Assembly: GCA_963695875.1 (NCBI GenBank)
Contig: CAVOID010000004.1
Coordinates: 1-64,000 of the forward strand
Origin: an uncultured delta proteobacterium
GTDB taxonomy: Bacteria; Desulfobacterota; Syntrophia; Syntrophales; UBA2185
DNA: 64,000 nt
Direction: 5' to 3'
Shown here: positions 58,462-64,000 of the stretch, piece by piece
How the letters are laid out: every line of letters begins with the position of its first letter
Position numbering within the stretch: position 1 is the first letter of the stretch
Notes under the pieces: model-generated
Told to the model about the DNA's origin: nothing
Seen by the model: only the letters and a program-made list of their open reading frames with translations
Databases searched by the model: none
Translations under genes and position numbers: made by a program

Positions 58462-59595
58462 CTATTTCACTTCCACATAAACCCCATTACGAACCTGGTA
58501 CATGGAAAACCCCACGCCAATGGCGTCTCCTTTGCTGTCGAATTTGATCTTTCCCAGGGGGGTATCTACGTAGTAGGTGCGGAGTGCTTTGCTTACCTTT
58601 GCGTAGTCTGTGGAGCCCGCCATTTTAATGGCGTTCAGTAGAGCCTGCGCTGCCGCATAGCCGTTGAGGAAGAAGGCGCCGGGTTCGTTACCGTAGGTCT
58701 TTTTGTGCGCCTCTATGGCTGCAATAGCCAGGGGGTTTTTCGAAGTGTCTTTGTGGCTTGTCGCATACACTCCCTCGGCATATCTGCCTGCCACTTTTAT
58801 AAAGGTGTTATCCTTGACCCCGTCGTCGGAGATGAGCAGGGTCTTCATGTTTTTCTTGCGCATCTGCGAGACTATAGTAGCTGCTTCCGGGTGATAACCG
58901 CCGTATATTACCGCCTCTGCGCCGGATTGTTTGATTTTTTGAACTATCGCGGAATAATCGACAGCACCAGGGGTGATACCCTCAAACAGGACGACCGCTG
59001 CCTGCCGTGAATCAGTGATGTACGATTTTGTGCTCTCCGCAAAACCCTTGCCGTAGTCTCCCTTGTCATGCAGGACTGCGATTTTTTTCAATTTGAGATT
59101 CTTAATTGCAAAATCTACCGCCAACCTTGACTGATTCCTATCGTAGCCAATGGTCCGGTAAAAATTTGGATACTTTCCGCTCTGCGTCAGTTCCGTATTT
59201 GTTGCGGAGGGAGACATAACTATTACCCCTGCCTCTTTATAAATGCCCAGGGCCGCTTTGGTAGCGCCGCTGCAGATATGTCCGACAACGACACTAACTC
59301 CTTTAGAAACAAGCTTCGTTGCAGTATTGGTGGCAACTTCCGGTTTGCAGACGTCATCTTCCGCAAGGAGCTCCACCTTCCTGCCCAGGATACCTCCCTT
59401 CTCATTAATGTCTCTGACGACCAGTTCTGCCGCCCTCACGGAGGGGATTCCGTAAGAGGCGAGGTCGCCGCTGAGGGAACCGGCAACGCCAAGCTTGATC
59501 GTGTCCGCGGCCGGCATTGGCGCCGGTATTAAAAAATCCAGGCAAATGATTGTTACAATGGTGATAAGCAGGATACCCGAGAAACGTATTTTCAT
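58462..59595 (-). CDS. livK: Branched-chain amino acid ABC transporter substrate-binding protein
   Basis: Signal peptide, IKLGVAGSLSG, INEKGGILGRKV, VVGHICSG, HDKGDYGKG. Confidence 0.9.
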   Translation of the reverse strand: MKIRFSGILLITIVTIICLDFLIPAPMPAADTIKLGVAGSLSGDLASYGIPSVRAAELVVRDINEKGGILGRKVELLAEDDVCKPEVATNTATKLVSKGVSVVVGHICSGATKAALGIYKEAGVIVMSPSATNTELTQSGKYPNFYRTIGYDRNQSRLAVDFAIKNLKLKKIAVLHDKGDYGKGFAESTKSYITDSRQAAVVLFEGITPGAVDYSAIVQKIKQSGAEAVIYGGYHPEAATIVSQMRKKNMKTLLISDDGVKDNTFIKVAGRYAEGVYATSHKDTSKNPLAIAAIEAHKKTYGNEPGAFFLNGYAAAQALLNAIKMAGSTDYAKVSKALRTYYVDTPLGKIKFDSKGDAIGVGFSMYQVRNGVYVEVK

Positions 59596-59642
59596 ACTAT
59601 CCCCCTAAGATTTTATAATACCTTGTAGAAACTGCGTCTAAT

Positions 59643-59832
59643 GTCATTGCGAGGAGCGGAGAGTGACGTGGCAATCTTTTCCTTTTTATCAAGCGCTTTT
59701 AAGATTTCTCCCTGAAATGGGTATATGTAGGTAATGTGTTGCGATTAGTTACCATTAATCATGTACCAAGCAAAGTAGATAGCGTTGATTTACCCTTAAC
59801 TTATCAAGATTTATCGCTTTGGTCGAAATGAC
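59643..59832. repeat. GTCATT...AATGAC-bounded palindromic repeat unit
   Basis: GTCATTGCGAGGAGC..GACGTGGCAATCT ... AGATT..GAAATGAC; related units at 25912-25959 and 46896-46966. Confidence 0.65.
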
Positions 59833-59902
59833 AATTAACAAGTAATTATATGGTTGGGATATTTAAAACATACCACATATGAATGCAAGTACTATTGAAG
59901 CC

Positions 59903-60322
59903 CTACTCTCCTATGATCTTTACCAGCACCCTTTTTCTTCTTCTGCCGTCAAATTCGCCATAGAAGATCCGTTCCCACGGTCCAAAATCAAGCTTGCCGC
60001 CAGTAATGGCAACGATGACTTCCCTCCCCATGATCTGCCGCTTCAGGTGGGCGTCCCCGTTATCTTCACCGGTCCTATTATGGCGGTACCGGGAAACAGG
60101 TTCATGCGGAGCAAGTTTCTCAAGCCATTCTTCATAGTCCTGGTGCAATCCCGATTCATCATCGTTGATGAAAACGGAAGCCGTGATGTGCATGGCATTG
60201 ACCAAGACCAGGCCTTCTCTGACCCCGCTCTTTTCGAGGCACTTTTCTACCTGTGGTGTAATGTTTACAAAGGCCCTCCTGCTGGGAATATTAAACCACA
60301 ATTCCTCCCGATAAGATTTCAT
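59903..60322 (-). CDS. yjbQ: YjbQ/UPF0047 family protein
   Basis: [31 protein letters not shown]. Confidence 0.9.
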   Translation of the reverse strand: MKSYREELWFNIPSRRAFVNITPQVEKCLEKSGVREGLVLVNAMHITASVFINDDESGLHQDYEEWLEKLAPHEPVSRYRHNRTGEDNGDAHLKRQIMGREVIVAITGGKLDFGPWERIFYGEFDGRRRKRVLVKIIGE

Positions 60323-60370
60323 GACATGAACTCCTTTTAAATCGGATGCTGTCCGCAGAAAAACACTTGG

Positions 60371-61570
60371 TCAGTTATTGTTTCTAAACAGTCGTATCCA
60401 TATAGGTCCGCTCATGGATAGCAATCCCATTAATGCGAAGGCAAACCCCCATCCAGATATGCTACTGCCCGAGAGATCCAGCACACAACCGAAGGCAAGG
60501 GGCGCGAGAAAGGCCATTCCAAATCCAACAAACGCATAGAGCGCCAGGGTTCTGCCGCGTTCGCTGTCATTTGCGGCTGCGACTATCCCGGCTGTCAGTG
60601 CGCCGCTATCCAGCATTACCGCAATACCGTAGAGGAGGCAGAGAGCCGCGACGATCATGAAGGGCAGAGCGGCGCTGAAACCAATGACACAACCGATGAT
60701 ACCGGAGGCAATCATAAAAATGGAGATAACACGTCTGCGTTCCCAATGTTGTGCCGTTTCATTGCCCAGGATACTGGAAGGAACACCTGCCAACAAAATT
60801 ATTGTCGCGAGGTTCTGAGGACTGAGATGATGGCCCTGGCCCGGTTGGAAGCTCAGGCTGAAAGCCAGAAAAGCAACCAGCCATGTACGAAATCCGAAAA
60901 GCTCCCAGCAGTGAACGGCGTATCCGAACATATAGCCAACGGCAGAGCGATTTCGTAGAACCTTTTGAAAGTTAAAGGTTGAAAGTACAGGTTCTTTATA
61001 CAGCAGATCGGTCTTTCCCGGTCTGACTGCGAAGGCGAAAATCATTACGGACCCCAAACACCCCAGGGCCAGCATGACGGCAGCCCAGCGCCAGTTAAGC
61101 CAGGTTGCCAACCATCCGGTCAGGAATACAGAAAGCGCCGTTCCAACACCATACGATGACGTATAAAAGGCGATAGCCCTGCTCTGACCTTTTCCGGTGA
61201 TGTGATCACTAAGCGCTTTAAGACCGGGCATGTACGTTCCAGCGAGGCTGATGCCGGCACAGAAGCGAAATATCATCGCAGTCAAAGTGCCTTGGGCAAG
61301 CCACCCAAAGCCTGCCATGGAGACTGCACCGAAAGCTGCTGAATACAGATAGATGCGACGAGGATCCATGCGGTCGGTAAGACTCACAAGGATGGGAACA
61401 AAAGCCGCGTATCCCCCGTAAAAGATACCGTTGATCCAGCCGGCCTCCGTGTTACTGAGACCCCATTCGGTCCGGAAGCCCGGAAGAAGAGCGGGAAAGT
61501 ACATCGTCCCCGCCATGGAAAATATCTCGGCAACACATATATAGATGATGAATGTAATTTGACTGTTCAT
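60371..61570 (-). CDS. MFS transporter
   Basis: About twelve TM segments, SLTDRMDPRR, AGTYMPG, HCWELFG. Confidence 0.88.
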   Translation of the reverse strand: MNSQITFIIYICVAEIFSMAGTMYFPALLPGFRTEWGLSNTEAGWINGIFYGGYAAFVPILVSLTDRMDPRRIYLYSAAFGAVSMAGFGWLAQGTLTAMIFRFCAGISLAGTYMPGLKALSDHITGKGQSRAIAFYTSSYGVGTALSVFLTGWLATWLNWRWAAVMLALGCLGSVMIFAFAVRPGKTDLLYKEPVLSTFNFQKVLRNRSAVGYMFGYAVHCWELFGFRTWLVAFLAFSLSFQPGQGHHLSPQNLATIILLAGVPSSILGNETAQHWERRRVISIFMIASGIIGCVIGFSAALPFMIVAALCLLYGIAVMLDSGALTAGIVAAANDSERGRTLALYAFVGFGMAFLAPLAFGCVLDLSGSSISGWGFAFALMGLLSMSGPIWIRLFRNNN

Positions 61571-61727
61571 GCAAAGAGAGACGGGATGTTCAAATTTAAT
61601 GATTTCTTCTACCATTTTATTTCAATTATTGTAATAATCAATTATAAGGAACTCGGTCCTTTTTTGCGTTCATAGCGATGTTCATTGTGTTGTCGGTTTG
61701 TTGGTTTTCTATGGAGACAGGGAAAAT

Positions 61728-62369
61728 ATGGAAGACACCAGTCAGAAAAATTACGGCATTGACGTAGTACTGTTTGATTTCGGAGGAGTTCTTGCTGAGG
61801 AAGGCTTCAGGAATGGACTCCTCGCAATAGCAAGGTTAAACAAGCTTGATGAGGAAAGCTTTGTAAGAATTGCTAACAATGTTATTCATGAATGTGGATA
61901 TGTCCTGGGGAAGGCCCCTGAAAGTGAATACTGGGAGATATTGAGGGAGACCACCGGTATCCGGGGGAATGATCAGTCCCTGAGAAAAGAGATACTTTCC
62001 CGATTCATACTGAGAGAATGGATGCTCAACATTGCCAGAAAACTCAGGGATGCCCACATACGTGTAGGCATACTGAGTGACCAGACCGACTGGCTTGATG
62101 AACTTAATGCCCGCTACAATTTCTTTCGGTGGTTCGATTATGTTTTCAACAGTTATCACATGGGAAAAGACAAGAAAGACCCGAGTCATTTTGAGGATGT
62201 GGTCCATATTTTAGGAACTGAGGCTCATAAAGTCCTCTTTATTGACGATAATCCGGGAAACTGTGAAAGGGCCGCGCAGAAAGGGTTGAAGGTTATTCGT
62301 TACATCAACCGGGATAAATTTATTGAGGAGATCGGGAAGTATTTTCCGGCAATCGTCGGGGTTTTATAA
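61728..62369 (+). CDS. HAD-family phosphatase
   Basis: LFDFGGVL, ILSD, K..P, FIDDN. Confidence 0.88.
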   Translation: MEDTSQKNYGIDVVLFDFGGVLAEEGFRNGLLAIARLNKLDEESFVRIANNVIHECGYVLGKAPESEYWEILRETTGIRGNDQSLRKEILSRFILREWMLNIARKLRDAHIRVGILSDQTDWLDELNARYNFFRWFDYVFNSYHMGKDKKDPSHFEDVVHILGTEAHKVLFIDDNPGNCERAAQKGLKVIRYINRDKFIEEIGKYFPAIVGVL

Positions 62370-62511
62370 CCTGACCTCTTTCCAATTGACACATATAGAC
62401 ATTTTTTTTATACTCACGACGTTCAAAAGCGACTTCTTGCAAAACATCCCATGATAACAATGCCAGAGATTTGATCTGCTCCTTACAAATCCGAAAGAAA
62501 AAGGAGGAACC

Positions 62512-64000
62512 ATGCAATCTACAAACGATCTGAATGCCATCTTCAAACCCAAGAGCATTGCGGTAATCGGAGCTTCGCCCACCGCCGGCAAGCTTGGCTA
62601 TGACATCACATACAACCTGATTCATGCCGGTTTTACCGGGCCGATATACCCGGTCAACCCGAAGGCCGATCAGATCCTGGGCCTGCCTGCATATAAGCAG
62701 ATCAGTGATATTTCACCCGCGCCGGACCTCGCAGTCGTCATCATCCCGGCGAAGGCAGTGCCGGGGACCATCGAACAATGTGGTTTAGCGGGTGTCAAGG
62801 CTGCCGTTGTCATAACCGGGGGATTTGCTGAGGCAGGAGAAGATGGTGCAAAACTCCAGGAGGAACTGGCGAATGCTGCTCGCCGTAATGGCGTCCGGGT
62901 GATCGGTCCCAATTGTCAAGGTGTTAATAACCCGCATCATAATCTCTGTGCCTCCTGGCCATTACTTACGATGAAGGGCGGCATGGCCTTTATCTCCCAG
63001 AGCGGGACGGTCGGGGCAGCGCTTATGGACTGGGCCAGCGAGGAGCACCTCGGTGTGAGTGTCTTCGTTAGTCTCGGCAATCGCGCCGATGTAGATGAAG
63101 CAGATTGCATCCGGTATTTTAACGGGGATCCTCATACCAAAGTAATCGCTCTTTATGTCGAGGGCGTCAAGCGGCCTGTTGAATTCCAAGAAGCTCTGGC
63201 CTCAGCTACGAAGCCTGTCGTTATTCTCAAGTCCGGGCGCACGCCCAGAGGCCGCGTCGCGGCGGAATCACACACCAAGTCACTGGCCGGGGTGGACGCC
63301 GTTTATGACGCCATCTTCAAAAAGTACCACGTCCACCGCGCCGAGACTATTGAGGAACTATACGACTTTGCCAAGGTACTGGCCCACATGTCCAAGCCTC
63401 CCGGGAAACGCTTGCTCAATATCACCAGTTCAGGAGGCTCTGCAATTCTCGCCATCGATCAGGCGGAAAAGCTGGGATTCGAATCACCGCCTCCGAGCGC
63501 CGACCTCAAGAAGCGATTGCGGGCTATCCTGCCCGCCCATTGCGCCGTTGATAACCCTATAGACCTTACCGGAGACGTCATCGGTGATCCGACCCTTTAT
63601 ACCAAAGTGATCGATGCCGCCAGGGCTGACTACGACACGATGGTAATCATTTTTGGTGATCCGATTCCCGGGGCTTCCACAATGGTCACCCCGGGCGCCT
63701 CTGAGCTGGTAATCTTTTTAGGCGGTGCCGATGTTGAACGGAAGGAACGTCCTCTGATGCACGAGCGAGGCATCCCGGTCTTTCCTACCCCCGAACGCGG
63801 CCTTAAGGCATTGTATCAATTCTTCCGTTTTGACAGCCGTCCCTCACCGCCATCCTCGCCGCATGTGTCGACTTCTGGGTTGCAGCTATTGCCTGCAGGT
63901 GAGGCCGCGGCATTGCTTGACGGCGCCGGTATTCCCACGACTCCCGCACCAGTTGCCGCATCGCCCGACGCCGCCGTGAGACTGGCGCGCGGTTTTAACG
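62512..64000 (+). CDS. Acetate/acyl-CoA ligase (ADP-forming) family protein; runs off the window
   Basis: AGGAGG RBS; FKPKSIAVIGAS, GGFAE, IGPNCQG, SQSG, SLGNRAD, SHTKSLAG, TSSGG, NPIDLTG. Confidence 0.88.
   Translation, partial: MQSTNDLNAIFKPKSIAVIGASPTAGKLGYDITYNLIHAGFTGPIYPVNPKADQILGLPAYKQISDISPAPDLAVVIIPAKAVPGTIEQCGLAGVKAAVVITGGFAEAGEDGAKLQEELANAARRNGVRVIGPNCQGVNNPHHNLCASWPLLTMKGGMAFISQSGTVGAALMDWASEEHLGVSVFVSLGNRADVDEADCIRYFNGDPHTKVIALYVEGVKRPVEFQEALASATKPVVILKSGRTPRGRVAAESHTKSLAGVDAVYDAIFKKYHVHRAETIEELYDFAKVLAHMSKPPGKRLLNITSSGGSAILAIDQAEKLGFESPPPSADLKKRLRAILPAHCAVDNPIDLTGDVIGDPTLYTKVIDAARADYDTMVIIFGDPIPGASTMVTPGASELVIFLGGADVERKERPLMHERGIPVFPTPERGLKALYQFFRFDSRPSPPSSPHVSTSGLQLLPAGEAAALLDGAGIPTTPAPVAASPDAAVRLARGFN

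Overview
This window does not look like one contiguous genome. It is a mosaic of several unrelated fragments, with genes cut mid-domain near ~24.7k, ~26.0k, ~35.57k, ~36.92k, ~37.7k, ~38.14k and ~48.23-48.27k. It also has many single-base indels typical of unpolished long reads. Most content suggests anaerobic bacteria (Desulfobacterota/Syntrophales-like gene content; this is inference). Segment 1-24.5k: aldehyde:ferredoxin oxidoreductase plus ferredoxin, a complete Ech hydrogenase (echABCDEF), a DHOD-like gene, PFOR, PFK, an RND pump whose AcrB-like gene is probably fused to TolC, and a divergent PAS kinase/sigma54 activator with a clear -24/-12 promoter and enhancer palindrome. Segment 24.7-35.6k: DUF1257/DUF2997, tRNA-Arg(CCT) with att-like signals, a DsrC-like protein, a P3A H+-ATPase, DUF134/NifX and an HdrD/DsrK-like pair. 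Segment 35.6-38.1k: short foreign fragments. Segment 38.1-64k: cobalamin genes with a B12 riboswitch, thiamine genes, palindromic repeat families and an IS200/IS605-type mini-element. It also holds an integrase-less integron cassette array (attC sites, HNH- and HEPN-like cargo), a liv operon interrupted at every spaced junction by small insertions, and an ADP-forming acyl-CoA synthetase. Two of the liv insertions duplicate and replace the upstream gene's 3' end, and one of them carries a HepT/MntA toxin-antitoxin pair.
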